From assembly GCF_050920415.1 (NCBI RefSeq), contig NZ_CP169309.1: 64,000 bases of DNA; one strand, given 5' to 3'. The first letter of the stretch is position 1. Each line of letters opens with the position of its first letter. This stretch comes from Escherichia coli (GTDB lineage: Bacteria; Pseudomonadota; Gammaproteobacteria; Enterobacterales; Enterobacteriaceae). The position numbers were made by a program, and so were the translations under genes. This document shows, in pieces, positions 34,238 through 46,111 of this stretch. The notes below the pieces were generated by a model. It was not told the origin of the DNA. It did no database searches and worked only from the letters and a program-made list of their open reading frames with translations.

Positions 34238-36130
34238 TTACATCACCAGACGGCGAATGTCAGACAGCGTGTTGTTAATGATGGTAATGAAACGGGCACC
34301 ATCAGCACCGTCGATCACGCGGTGGTCGAAGGAGAGAGAAATCGGCAGCATCAGACGCGGCACGAACTCTTTACCATTCCACACCGGCTCCATCGCGGAC
34401 TTGGAAACGCCTAGGATAGCCACTTCCGGCGCGTTCACAATCGGCGCGAAGTGGGTAGTACCCAGGCCGCCGATGCTGGAGATGGTGAAGCAACCGCCCT
34501 GCATTTCGCCCGCAGTCAGCTTACCGTCACGCGCTTTCTTAGAAATAGTCATCAGCTCGCGAGACAGCTCGATGATGCCTTTCTTGTTGACGTCTTTGAA
34601 TACCGGAACAACCAGGCCGTTCGGGGTATCCACCGCCACACCGATGTTGATGTATTTCTTCAGGGTCAGACGCTGACCGTCTTCCGACAGAGAACTGTTG
34701 AAGCGAGGCATCTGCTCAAGTGCCGCAGCAACGGCTTTCATGATGAAGACAACTGGGGTTATCTTCACATCCAGCTTACGTTTCGCTGCTTCTTCGTTCT
34801 GCTGTTTACGGAACGCTTCCAGCTCAGTGATATCGGTTTTGTCGAAGTGAGTAACATGCGGGATCATCACCCAGTTACGGCTCAGGTTCGCACCAGAGAT
34901 TTTCTGGATGCGGCCCAGTTCCACTTCTTCGATTTCACCAAACTTGCTGAAGTCCACCTTCGGCCACGGCAGCATGCCAGGGATACCGCCGCCAGTTGCC
35001 GCCGGAGCCGCTTCTGCACGTTTGATCGCTTCTTTCACGTAAGCCTGAACGTCTTCGCGCAGGATACGACCTTTACGGCCAGTGCCCTTCACTTTCGCCA
35101 GGTTAACGCCAAATTCGCGTGCCAGACGGCGGATCAGCGGAGTCGCGTGAACGTAAGCGTCGTTTTCAGCAAACTCAGATTTGCCTTCTGCTTTCGCAGC
35201 CGGTGCTGCTGCCGGAGTTTCAGCTTTTGCTGCCGGAGCCGGCGCTGCCGCTTCCTGTTTCGCAGGAGCTGCCGCAGGTGCTGCGCCTTCAACTTCGAAG
35301 ATCATAATCAGCGAGCCAGTTTTCACTTTGTCGCCAACGTTGACTTTCAGTTCCTTCACGACGCCTGCAAACGGAGCCGGAACTTCCATAGAAGCTTTAT
35401 CGCCTTCTACGGTGATCAGTGACTGTTCAGCGGCAACTTTGTCGCCCACTTTCACCATCACTTCGGTCACTTCAACTTCGTCACCGCCGATATCCGGAAC
35501 GTTAACTTCTTTCACGCCAGCCGCTGGTGCAGGGGCCGCTGCCGGAGCCGCTTCCTGTTTAGCCGCCGGAGCTGCCGCGCCTGCTTCACCCGCGACTTCG
35601 AAGACCATAATCAGCGAGCCGGTAGACACTTTGTCACCCACGGTCACTTTGATCTCTTTCACGGTGCCTGCAAACGGAGCCGGAACTTCCATAGAAGCCT
35701 TGTCGCCTTCTACGGTGATCAGCGACTGTTCAGCTTCAACTTTGTCGCCCACTTTCACCAGGATTTCGGTCACTTCGACTTCATCGCTGCCGATATCCGG
35801 AACATTTACGTCTTTTGCCGCCGCAGCCGCGGGTGCTGCTGCCGGAGCTGCTTCTTTCTTCTCTTCTGCCTGAGCAGGTGCAGCGTCAGCTGCACCGTCG
35901 GCGGAATCGAAAATCATAATCAGTGCGCCGGTCTGGGTTTTATCGCCAACAGAGACTTTGATCTCTTTAACGATACCCGCCTGCGGAGACGGTACTTCCA
36001 TAGAGGCTTTGTCGCCTTCTACGGTGATCAGCGACTGTTCGGCTTCAACTTTGTCGCCCACTTTGACCAGGATCTCGGTGATTTCAACTTCATCAGCCCC
36101 GATGTCCGGTACTTTGATTTCGATAGCCAT
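34238..36130 (-). CDS. aceF: Pyruvate dehydrogenase E2 (dihydrolipoamide acetyltransferase), three lipoyl domains
   Basis: ORF 630 aa; three tandem lipoyl domains ([10 protein letters not shown] x3) separated by Ala/Pro linkers; catalytic DHRVIDG motif. Confidence 0.96.
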   Translation of the reverse strand: MAIEIKVPDIGADEVEITEILVKVGDKVEAEQSLITVEGDKASMEVPSPQAGIVKEIKVSVGDKTQTGALIMIFDSADGAADAAPAQAEEKKEAAPAAAPAAAAAKDVNVPDIGSDEVEVTEILVKVGDKVEAEQSLITVEGDKASMEVPAPFAGTVKEIKVTVGDKVSTGSLIMVFEVAGEAGAAAPAAKQEAAPAAAPAPAAGVKEVNVPDIGGDEVEVTEVMVKVGDKVAAEQSLITVEGDKASMEVPAPFAGVVKELKVNVGDKVKTGSLIMIFEVEGAAPAAAPAKQEAAAPAPAAKAETPAAAPAAKAEGKSEFAENDAYVHATPLIRRLAREFGVNLAKVKGTGRKGRILREDVQAYVKEAIKRAEAAPAATGGGIPGMLPWPKVDFSKFGEIEEVELGRIQKISGANLSRNWVMIPHVTHFDKTDITELEAFRKQQNEEAAKRKLDVKITPVVFIMKAVAAALEQMPRFNSSLSEDGQRLTLKKYINIGVAVDTPNGLVVPVFKDVNKKGIIELSRELMTISKKARDGKLTAGEMQGGCFTISSIGGLGTTHFAPIVNAPEVAILGVSKSAMEPVWNGKEFVPRLMLPISLSFDHRVIDGADGARFITIINNTLSDIRRLVM

Positions 36131-36144
36131 TATTCTTTTACCTC

Positions 36145-38808
36145 TTACGCCAGACGCGGGTTAACTTTTTCTGCATCGATGTTGAATTTGGCGATTGCGT
36201 CAGCAACCACTTTCTTATCGATTTCGCCACGTTTAGCCAGTTCGCCCAGCGCCGCAACCACGACATAAGAAGCATCAACTTCGAAGTGGTGACGCAGGTT
36301 CTCACGGCTGTCGGAACGACCGAAGCCATCAGTACCCAGTACGCGGTAGTCGTCAGCCGGTACGTAAGTACGGACTTGCTCAGCGAACAGTTTCATATAG
36401 TCGGTAGATGCCACTGCCGGAGCGTCGTTCATCACCTGAGCGATATACGGAACGCGCGGAGTTTCCAGCGGGTGCAGCATGTTCCAGCGCTCACAATCCT
36501 GACCATCACGCGCCAGTTCGGTGAAGGATGTCACGCTATATACGTCAGAACCTACGCCGTAATCTTTCGCCAGGATCTCTGCCGCTTCACGGACGTGACG
36601 CAGGATAGAACCGGAGCCGAGCAGCTGAACTTTACCTTTGCTACCTTCAATGGTTTCGAGTTTGTAGATACCTTTACGGATACCTTCCTCAGCACCTTCC
36701 GGCATTGCCGGCATGTGGTAGTTTTCGTTCAGCGTAGTGATGTAGTAGTAAACGTTCTCTTGTTTCTCACCGTACATACGCTCCAGACCATCATGCATGA
36801 TGACAGCAACTTCGTAAGCGTAAGCCGGGTCGTAAGAAATACAGTTCGGGATAGTCAGCGACTGAATGTGGCTGTGACCATCTTCGTGCTGCAGACCTTC
36901 GCCGTTCAGGGTGGTACGACCGGAAGTACCGCCGATCAGGAAGCCACGTGCCTGCTGGTCGCCAGCAGCCCAGCACAGATCGCCGATACGCTGGAAGCCG
37001 AACATCGAGTAATAGATGTAGAACGGAATCATCGGCAGATTGTTGGTGCTGTAAGAGGTCGCCGCTGCCAGCCAGGAGCAACCTGCGCCCAGCTCGTTGA
37101 TCCCTTCTTGCAGAATCTGACCTTTCTCGTCTTCTTTATAGTAAGCAACCTGCTCGCGGTCCTGCGGGGTGTACTGCTGACCGTTCGGGCTGTAAATACC
37201 AATCTGACGGAACAGACCTTCCATACCGAAAGTACGCGCTTCGTCGGCGATGATCGGCACCAGACGATCTTTGATCGACTTGTTCTTCAGCATCACGTTC
37301 AGGGCACGAACGAAAGCGATAGTGGTAGAGATCTCTTTGCTCTGCTCTTCCAGCAGCGCGCCGAAGTCTTGCAGGCTCGGCAGCTCCAGCTTCTCGGTGA
37401 AGTTCGGCTGGCGGCTTGGCAGATAACCGTGCAATTTCTGACGCTGAGCGTGCAGATAGGTATGCTCTTCAGAACCTTCCGGGAAGGTGATGTACGGCAG
37501 TTTTTCGATATCAGCATCAGACACCGGCACATTGAAACGGTCGCGGATATGACGCACGCCGTCCATGTTCATTTTCTTAACCTGGTGCGCGATGTTTTTA
37601 CCTTCAGCTGCGTCGCCCATGCCGTAACCTTTAATGGTATGAGCAAGGATTACTGTCGCTTTGCCTTTGGTTTCCTGCGCTTTCTTGAATGCAGCGTAGA
37701 TTTTCTTCGGATCGTGACCACCACGGTTCAGCGCCCAGATCTGCTCATCAGTCCAGTCTGCAACCAGAGCTGCGGTTTCCGGATATTTACCGAAGAAGTG
37801 TTCACGAACGTACGCACCATCTTTCGATTTGAAGGTCTGGTAGTCGCCGTCAACGGTTTCGTTCATCAGCTGGATCAGTTTACCGCTGGTATCTTTACGC
37901 AGCAGCTCATCCCAACGGCTACCCCACATCACTTTGATCACGTTCCAGCCTGCACCTTCGAAGATGCCTTCCAGTTCGTTGATGATCTTGCCGTTACCGG
38001 TGACCGGGCCGTCAAGACGCTGCAGGTTACAGTTGATAACGAAGACCAGGTTATCCAGTTTTTCACGGGTAGCGATGGTGATCGCACCTTTGGATTCTGG
38101 TTCGTCCATCTCGCCGTCGCCGAGGAAGGCGTAAACGGTCTGTTTAGAAGTATCTTTCAGGCCACGGTGTTCCAGATATTTCAGGAATTTAGCCTGGTAA
38201 ATAGCACCAATCGGACCCAGACCCATAGATACGGTCGGGAACTGCCAGAATTCCGGCATCAGTTTCGGGTGCGGATAGGAAGAGAGGCCATTGCCGTGAA
38301 CTTCCTGACGGAAGTTATCCAGCTGCTCTTGAGTCAGACGACCTTCCAGGAAAGCACGTGCGTAAACGCCCGGGGAGATGTGGCCCTGGAAGTAAACCAG
38401 GTCGCCGCCATCCTGCTCGTTGCGCGCACGGAAGAAGTGGTTAAAGCACACATCATAAATGGTTGCGGACGACTGGAAGGACGCCATGTGGCCGCCCAGT
38501 TCGAGGTCTTTTTTCGACGCACGCAGAACCGTCATGATGGCGTTCCAGCGGATAGCTGAACGAATACGGCGTTCCAGTTCCAGATTACCCGGATACTCCG
38601 GTTGTTCTTCAACGGGGATGGTGTTGATGTAGTTGCTGATACCGGTGCCTGCGGCTACGTTGACACCGCCTTTGCGGGCTTCAGCAAGCAGTTGGTCGAT
38701 CAGATACTGAGCACGCTCAACACCTTCTTCACGGATGACCGATTCGATCGCCTGGAGCCAGTCGCGAGTTTCGATCGGATCCACGTCATTTGGGAAACGT
38801 TCTGACAT
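36145..38808 (-). CDS. aceE: Pyruvate dehydrogenase E1 component
   Basis: ORF 887 aa [24 protein letters not shown]...; thiamine-diphosphate enzyme. Confidence 0.96.
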   Translation of the reverse strand: MSERFPNDVDPIETRDWLQAIESVIREEGVERAQYLIDQLLAEARKGGVNVAAGTGISNYINTIPVEEQPEYPGNLELERRIRSAIRWNAIMTVLRASKKDLELGGHMASFQSSATIYDVCFNHFFRARNEQDGGDLVYFQGHISPGVYARAFLEGRLTQEQLDNFRQEVHGNGLSSYPHPKLMPEFWQFPTVSMGLGPIGAIYQAKFLKYLEHRGLKDTSKQTVYAFLGDGEMDEPESKGAITIATREKLDNLVFVINCNLQRLDGPVTGNGKIINELEGIFEGAGWNVIKVMWGSRWDELLRKDTSGKLIQLMNETVDGDYQTFKSKDGAYVREHFFGKYPETAALVADWTDEQIWALNRGGHDPKKIYAAFKKAQETKGKATVILAHTIKGYGMGDAAEGKNIAHQVKKMNMDGVRHIRDRFNVPVSDADIEKLPYITFPEGSEEHTYLHAQRQKLHGYLPSRQPNFTEKLELPSLQDFGALLEEQSKEISTTIAFVRALNVMLKNKSIKDRLVPIIADEARTFGMEGLFRQIGIYSPNGQQYTPQDREQVAYYKEDEKGQILQEGINELGAGCSWLAAATSYSTNNLPMIPFYIYYSMFGFQRIGDLCWAAGDQQARGFLIGGTSGRTTLNGEGLQHEDGHSHIQSLTIPNCISYDPAYAYEVAVIMHDGLERMYGEKQENVYYYITTLNENYHMPAMPEGAEEGIRKGIYKLETIEGSKGKVQLLGSGSILRHVREAAEILAKDYGVGSDVYSVTSFTELARDGQDCERWNMLHPLETPRVPYIAQVMNDAPAVASTDYMKLFAEQVRTYVPADDYRVLGTDGFGRSDSRENLRHHFEVDASYVVVAALGELAKRGEIDKKVVADAIAKFNIDAEKVNPRLA

Positions 38809-38968
38809 GGGTTATTCCTTATCTATCTAATAACGTTGAGTTTTCTGGAACCTGTCCCATTGAACTCTCGCAGGAAAGCTCAATAAGACAGGTTCTACGT
38901 TTAGTTGCCGCGCTTTTATATGCGCTTGATTTACAACATCTTCTGGATAATTTTTACCAGAAAAATCA

Positions 38969-39733
38969 CTAATTCTTTCGTTGTTCCAGACGACGCAGAG
39001 AACGCTCACGGCGGCTCTCTTCACGGCTTCTGTCGAGCAAAATTTCTTCGATAAAGGCCAGATGGCGATGCGATGCTTCGCGCGCTTCTTCCGGCTTACC
39101 GGCCATAATCGCTTCGAATATGCGAGTGCGGTGACTACTCACCAGCGGCAGCATCTCGCGACGCGAATAGAGCAATTCGAAGTTCTGACGGACATTCTGA
39201 GCCAACATCGGCTCCATACACCTTAGCAGATGAAGCAGAACTACATTGTGGGCTGCTTCGGTGACGGCAATCTGATACTGGAGGACGGCGTTTGATTCCG
39301 CGTCCAGATCGCCAGACTGCTGCGCCAGCTCTATGGCGTGGTGGAGTTCACGGATGCGTTCCTTGTCTTCATCGGTACTACGCAGCGCGGCGTAATAGGC
39401 GGCGATACCTTCCAGGGCGTGTCGTGTTTCGAGCAAGTCATACTGTGATTCAGGATGGTCGGAGAGCAGCTCCACCAGCGGATCGCTGAAACTTTGCCAG
39501 AGGCTGCTCTGAACAAAAGTGCCGCCACCCTGGCGACGAAGCAACAAGCCCTTTGCTTCGAGACGTTGAATCGCCTCACGCAAGGAGGGACGGGAGACGT
39601 CGAACTGTTTCGCCAGTTCGCGTTCCGGTGGGAGTTTTTCGCCCGGGCGGAGTGTGCCTTCGAGGATCAAAAACTCCAGTTGCTGCTCAATCACATCGGA
39701 GAGTTTTGGTTGGCGGATTTTGCTGTAGGCCAT
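38969..39733 (-). CDS. pdhR: GntR-family pyruvate-responsive transcriptional repressor
   Basis: ORF 38969..39766; recognised start [21 protein letters not shown] (ATG 39733); N-terminal GntR wHTH. Confidence 0.93.
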
Positions 39734-39764
39734 GAGTTCCTGTCTTAAGCCACTTGCCGAAGTC

Positions 39765-39781
39765 AATTGGTCTTACCAATT
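39765..39781. promoter_or_regulatory. PdhR operator (perfect 17-bp palindrome aattggtcttaccaatt)
   Basis: Palindrome directly visible ~30 bp upstream of pdhR start; matches GntR-type PdhR box. Confidence 0.75.
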
Positions 39782-40185
39782 TCATGTCTGTGACGCTAAA
39801 GTAACAAAGTATTCACCTTATGTCCATACAGGTTTTGATTGAAATCATGAAACTGTGCACATTTTAACAACTTGACATATATAACGTTTCAAAGTTGTAA
39901 CTATGCACAAATGTAGACTTTACGTAGGAAAGGGATTTTTTAACGATTATTAAACTATAAAAATCCGAATTGAACCGATTCACTTACCAATTTTGTGATT
40001 TTTAATTCAATTAAAACGAATTTAAATTCATTCTGCATATTGAGAGGGGTTGAGGCTGAGCTTTACAAACGGTTTCTTTTTAAGCAACTCATCTTCAACC
40101 ATGCATAAAGCGGGTGCATTCGCTGTCGCATACCATTATTCTTGATCTGACGGAAGTCTTTTTGTAACAATTCAAACTTCTTTGA

Positions 40186-40203
40186 TGTAAACAAATTAAT
40201 ACA
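40186..40203. promoter_or_regulatory. Candidate TyrR box (tgtaaa-N6-aataca) upstream of aroP
   Basis: Partial match to TGTAAA-N6-TTTACA, ~70-90 bp upstream of aroP ATG. Confidence 0.3.
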
Positions 40204-40273
40204 ACAAACGGAATTGCAAACTTACACACGCATCACTGCGTAGATCAAAAAAACAATCACCGCACGAGGTTTC

Positions 40274-41647
40274 ATGATGGAAGGTCAACAGCACGGCGAG
40301 CAGCTAAAGCGCGGCCTTAAAAACCGCCATATTCAGCTTATCGCGCTGGGTGGCGCGATAGGGACAGGGCTATTCCTGGGTAGCGCCTCCGTAATACAGT
40401 CCGCAGGGCCAGGGATTATCCTGGGATACGCCATTGCTGGTTTTATCGCCTTTCTGATCATGCGTCAGCTGGGTGAAATGGTGGTCGAAGAACCTGTCGC
40501 AGGCTCCTTTAGCCACTTTGCTTATAAATACTGGGGCAGTTTTGCCGGTTTCGCCTCTGGCTGGAACTACTGGGTACTGTACGTTTTAGTTGCCATGGCA
40601 GAGCTGACTGCCGTGGGTAAATACATTCAGTTCTGGTATCCGGAAATCCCAACCTGGGTTTCTGCCGCCGTGTTCTTTGTGGTGATCAACGCCATCAACC
40701 TGACAAACGTAAAAGTGTTTGGTGAGATGGAGTTCTGGTTTGCCATTATCAAAGTTATCGCGGTGGTAGCAATGATCATCTTCGGCGGCTGGCTGCTATT
40801 CAGCGGCAACGGCGGCCCGCAGGCGACCGTTAGCAACCTGTGGGATCAGGGTGGTTTCCTGCCGCACGGCTTCACCGGGCTGGTGATGATGATGGCGATT
40901 ATCATGTTCTCTTTCGGCGGTCTGGAACTGGTGGGGATCACCGCAGCAGAAGCTGATAATCCGGAGCAAAGTATCCCGAAAGCAACTAACCAGGTTATCT
41001 ACCGCATCCTGATTTTCTACATTGGTTCGTTAGCCGTTCTGCTCTCGCTGATGCCATGGACCCGCGTTACTGCTGATACCAGTCCGTTTGTACTGATCTT
41101 CCACGAATTGGGCGATACCTTTGTGGCTAATGCGCTGAACATCGTGGTACTGACTGCTGCGCTCTCCGTGTACAACAGCTGCGTATATTGCAACAGCCGT
41201 ATGCTGTTTGGTCTGGCACAACAGGGCAACGCGCCAAAAGCGCTGGCGTCTGTCGACAAACGCGGTGTACCGGTTAACACTATTCTGGTGTCTGCGCTGG
41301 TTACGGCATTGTGCGTGCTGATTAACTACCTTGCACCGGAATCCGCATTCGGACTGTTAATGGCGCTGGTGGTATCTGCACTGGTCATCAACTGGGCGAT
41401 GATCAGTCTGGCGCATATGAAATTCCGTCGTGCCAAACAAGAACAAGGCGTGGTAACTCGCTTCCCTGCCCTGCTTTATCCGCTGGGTAACTGGATCTGC
41501 CTGCTGTTTATGGCGGCGGTACTGGTGATTATGCTGATGACCCCAGGAATGGCGATTTCGGTATACCTGATCCCGGTATGGCTGATCGTGTTAGGTATCG
41601 GCTATCTGTTTAAAGAGAAAACCGCCAAAGCCGTAAAAGCGCATTAA
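40274..41647 (+). CDS. aroP: Aromatic amino acid:H+ symporter (APC family)
   Basis: ORF 457 aa, 12-TM amino acid permease. Confidence 0.95.
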   Translation: MMEGQQHGEQLKRGLKNRHIQLIALGGAIGTGLFLGSASVIQSAGPGIILGYAIAGFIAFLIMRQLGEMVVEEPVAGSFSHFAYKYWGSFAGFASGWNYWVLYVLVAMAELTAVGKYIQFWYPEIPTWVSAAVFFVVINAINLTNVKVFGEMEFWFAIIKVIAVVAMIIFGGWLLFSGNGGPQATVSNLWDQGGFLPHGFTGLVMMMAIIMFSFGGLELVGITAAEADNPEQSIPKATNQVIYRILIFYIGSLAVLLSLMPWTRVTADTSPFVLIFHELGDTFVANALNIVVLTAALSVYNSCVYCNSRMLFGLAQQGNAPKALASVDKRGVPVNTILVSALVTALCVLINYLAPESAFGLLMALVVSALVINWAMISLAHMKFRRAKQEQGVVTRFPALLYPLGNWICLLFMAAVLVIMLMTPGMAISVYLIPVWLIVLGIGYLFKEKTAKAVKAH

Positions 41648-41656
41648 TCTCTCTAC

Positions 41657-41681
41657 GCCCTCACCCGTGCAGGGTGAGGGC
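41657..41681. terminator. Stem-loop between convergent aroP and ampE (putative terminator)
   Basis: gccctcaccc-gtgca-gggtgagggc 10-bp perfect stem; weak U-tracts. Confidence 0.5.
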
Positions 41682-41689
41682 AATAATCT

Positions 41690-42544
41690 TTACACCAACG
41701 CCCCGTAAATCGTCAGTAGCGCAATTACCACCACGACCACGAACGAGGTTTTCTTCGCCATTGAAACCGCTGCCTTTGGCGTCTCCACCTTATCGACATG
41801 CGGTTCACGCGCCAGAGAGAACTGTGCCAGACGCGTTAATACCTGATATTGCGAAGTATGGAAATCACCCAGCGAAGCAAACCAGGCCGGTAACGCTTTC
41901 TCACCATGACCGATCAAGGCATATACCACACCCGCAAGACGAACCGGCACCCAATCCAGTACATGAAGCACGGCATCAATGCCGGACTGTAAACGATGAT
42001 GCGGCGTCTGGTATCGCGCCAGCCAGTATTGCCATGCACGCAAAAACGCATACCCCATCAGCGTAACGGGTCCCCAGGTTCCCCCCACAATCAGCCAGAA
42101 CAACGGAGCAAGATAAAAACGAAAGTTAATCCACAGCAATGCATTTTGCAGCTCACGCAAATACTCACGTTCATCGCAGCCTGCCGGGACGCCGTGAATC
42201 ATGGTGAGTTCGCCAGCCATCGTGGCACGGGCATGGCTATCATTACGTGAAGCAGCTGTCAGATAAGCATGATAATGAAGACGAACTTTACCTGCGCCAA
42301 TACACAGCAAACCAATCAGCAGCCACACCAGCAGCGTGGGAACGTTGAACAATACTCCCTGCAATGCGCGTAACAGTAAAAAAGTCACGCCCATCGCAAT
42401 AATGGTCATGCCTAATGTGCGCCCGAGAGAAAAATGTTTCACCCGCCGGAAGAACGCCTCAAGACGATGATCAAGCTGCCAGTGCTCGCCCAGCTTAAAC
42501 AGGCGCTCGAAAATTAACACCAATAGGGTTGTAAACAGCGTCAT
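41690..42544 (-). CDS. ampE: Inner membrane protein AmpE (ampicillin-resistance regulatory operon)
   Basis: ORF 41690..42583; recognised start [17 protein letters not shown] (ATG 42544), overlaps ampD stop. Confidence 0.9.
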
Positions 42545-43092
42545 GTTGTCTCCTTGCTGACCAGGGCGCGAAACCGTGCCCAATCAAAGGCGGGGCCGGG
42601 ATCGGTTTTCCGATCCGGCGCAATATCACAATGGCCCGTCATGTTATTAGCGATATCTGGATAGCGATCAATCAGTGCCCGCGTAACCGCCGCAAGCTGT
42701 TGATACTGCGCATCGGTATACGCCAGCGTATCGGTGCCTTCCAGCTCAATCCCAATAGAAAAATCATTGCAGCGTTCGCGCCCCTGATACTGAGAGACTC
42801 CGGCATGCCAGGCACGTTTATCGAAAGGAACATACTGGACTATTTCACCATCGCGGCGAATCAAACAGTGAGCGGAGACGCGCAAATGGGCGATCTCAGC
42901 AAAGAAAGGATGTGCCTGCGGATCAATAGTTCCAGTGAATAATGCGTCGATCCACGGACCGCCAAACTCGCCTGGCGGCAGGCTAATATTGTGCACCACC
43001 AGCAGGGTGGGTGTTTCGTCATCCGGGCGGCAATCGTAATGTGGTGAGGGAACGCGGCGCGCGCCAACCAGCCACCCCTGTTCTAACAACAT
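42541..43092 (-). CDS. ampD: 1,6-anhydro-N-acetylmuramyl-L-alanine amidase
   Basis: ORF 183 aa [26 protein letters not shown]...; amidase_2 family. Confidence 0.93.
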
Positions 43093-43119
43093 GCAGGATC
43101 TCCTTATATGTGGTGCTAA

Positions 43120-44073
<954 letters not shown>

Positions 44074-44275
44074 TTGCTGACAGATTTATCCGCTCCATCG
44101 CGGGCGGATAATCTCCCCTTTCCCAACTTTCTTCGTAACGCCTCGCAAATTTCTTGTCTTTCGCTGCAACGTAATAAAAAACTCCGGAAGCTGCTTTCCC
44201 GTTTCGTTTTTTGCCCCTCGCTTGTGCTGATGGCGTTTGCCAAAGTAGCGCCAACCAAATCAAGGAGCGAAACAA

Positions 44276-44716
44276 ATGGACAAGCAACGCGGTTTTACAC
44301 TTATCGAACTGATGGTGGTTATTGGCATCATTGCCATTTTAAGCGCCATTGGTATTCCCGCTTATCAAAACTACCTGCGCAAAGCCGCACTCACCGACAT
44401 GCTACAAACCTTTGTGCCTTACCGTACCGCCGTAGAGTTGTGCGCGCTGGAACATGGTGGATTAGATACCTGCGACGGTGGCAGCAATGGCATTCCCTCG
44501 CCTACCACCACCCGCTATGTTTCAGCCATGAGTGTGGCAAAGGGCGTGGTGTCGCTGACCGGGCAAGAAAGTCTCAATGGGCTAAGCGTCGTCATGACAC
44601 CGGGTTGGGATAACGCAAACGGCGTCACCGGCTGGACGCGCAACTGCAATATTCAAAGTGACAGCGCATTGCAGCAAGCCTGCGAAGATGTCTTTCGCTT
44701 TGATGACGCCAACTAA
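44276..44716 (+). CDS. ppdD: Type IV prepilin (major pilin-like)
   Basis: ORF 146 aa; class III leader MDKQRG|FTLIELMVVIGIIAILSAIGIP. Confidence 0.93.
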   Translation: MDKQRGFTLIELMVVIGIIAILSAIGIPAYQNYLRKAALTDMLQTFVPYRTAVELCALEHGGLDTCDGGSNGIPSPTTTRYVSAMSVAKGVVSLTGQESLNGLSVVMTPGWDNANGVTGWTRNCNIQSDSALQQACEDVFRFDDAN

Positions 44717-44725
44717 GGAGCGGCA

Positions 44726-46111
44726 ATGAATATTCCACAGCTCACCGCCCTGTGTCTGCGTTATCAGGGAGTCTTGCTGGATGCCAGCGAAGAGGTGGTT
44801 CATGTTGCGGTGGTCGATGCCCCTTCGCATGAGCTACTGGACGCATTGCATTTCGCTACCACCAAACGTATTGAGATCACCTGCTGGACGCGCCAACAAA
44901 TGGAAGGTCACGCCAGTCGCACCCAACAGACATTGCCCGTAGCTATTCATGAGAAGCATCAGCCCAAAGCAGAGTTGCTGACTCGAACGTTACAATCTGC
45001 GCTGGAACAACGCGCGTCTGATATTCATATCGAACCAGCGGACAATGCCTACCGCATCCGCTTGCGTATCGACGGTGTATTGCATCCTTTACCGGATGTT
45101 TTACCGGATGCCGGAGTCGCATTAACCGCCAGATTAAAAGTGCTGGGCAACCTGGATATTGCGGAACATCGCCTGCCGCAGGACGGGCAATTCACTGTCG
45201 AACTGGCAGGAAACGCCGTCTCATTTCGTATTGCGACCTTACCATGCCAGGGTGGTGAAAAGGTGGTATTAAGGTTGTTACAGCAGGTGAGCCAGGCACT
45301 GGATATCAACACGCTGGGGATGCAGCCGTTACAACTGGCGGACTTTGCTCATGCCTTGCAACAACCACAGGGACTGGTGCTGGTAACTGGCCCTACAGGC
45401 AGCGGCAAAACGGTCACGCTTTATAGTGCCCTGCAAACGCTGAATACCGCTGACATTAATATTTGTAGCGTCGAAGATCCGGTTGAGATCCCCATAGCCG
45501 GACTAAACCAGACGCAAATCCATCCGCGTGCCGGTCTTACCTTTCAGGGCGTTTTGCGTGCGTTATTGCGCCAGGACCCTGACGTCATCATGATCGGAGA
45601 GATCCGCGATGGCGAAACAGCAGAGATCGCTATTAAAGCGGCGCAAACCGGTCACCTGGAGTTGTCTACCCTACACACCAATTCCACCACTGAAACGCTG
45701 GTACGTTTACAGCAAATGGGAGTCGCCCGCTGGATGCTCTCATCGGCGCTTACGCTGGTAATAGCCCAGCGTCTGGTACGTAAACTTTGCCCACATTGTC
45801 GCCTGCAGCAAGGGGAGCCCATCCATATTCCAGACAATGTATGGCCGTCGCCGCTGCCCCGCTGGCAAGCACCCGGTTGTGTACATTGCTACCACGGTTT
45901 TTATGGTCGCACGGCCTTATTTGAAGTTCTGCCCATAACACCGGTCATACGTCAGCTTATTTCCGCTAATACCGACGTTGAATCGCTGGAAACGCACGCC
46001 CGACAGGCGGGTATGCGAACGCTTTTTGAAAACGGCTGCCTGGCGGTGGAGCAAGGCTTAACCACCTTTGAAGAGTTAATCCGCGTATTGGGAATGCCGT
46101 ATGGCGAGTAA
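44726..46111 (+). CDS. hofB: Type IV pilus assembly ATPase (PilB/GspE family)
   Basis: ORF 461 aa; Walker A GPTGSGKT; tetracysteine motif CPHC...CVHC. Confidence 0.92.
   Translation: MNIPQLTALCLRYQGVLLDASEEVVHVAVVDAPSHELLDALHFATTKRIEITCWTRQQMEGHASRTQQTLPVAIHEKHQPKAELLTRTLQSALEQRASDIHIEPADNAYRIRLRIDGVLHPLPDVLPDAGVALTARLKVLGNLDIAEHRLPQDGQFTVELAGNAVSFRIATLPCQGGEKVVLRLLQQVSQALDINTLGMQPLQLADFAHALQQPQGLVLVTGPTGSGKTVTLYSALQTLNTADINICSVEDPVEIPIAGLNQTQIHPRAGLTFQGVLRALLRQDPDVIMIGEIRDGETAEIAIKAAQTGHLELSTLHTNSTTETLVRLQQMGVARWMLSSALTLVIAQRLVRKLCPHCRLQQGEPIHIPDNVWPSPLPRWQAPGCVHCYHGFYGRTALFEVLPITPVIRQLISANTDVESLETHARQAGMRTLFENGCLAVEQGLTTFEELIRVLGMPYGE

Noticed and set aside
34451-35873. Plus-strand ORFs (34451..35422, 35181..35873) with Ala/Pro/Ser-rich translations
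   Set aside because: Antisense or alternate frames of the repetitive aceF lipoyl/linker region.
36286-38559. 757-aa ORF on the plus strand
   Set aside because: Antisense to aceE; same antisense-frame artefact.
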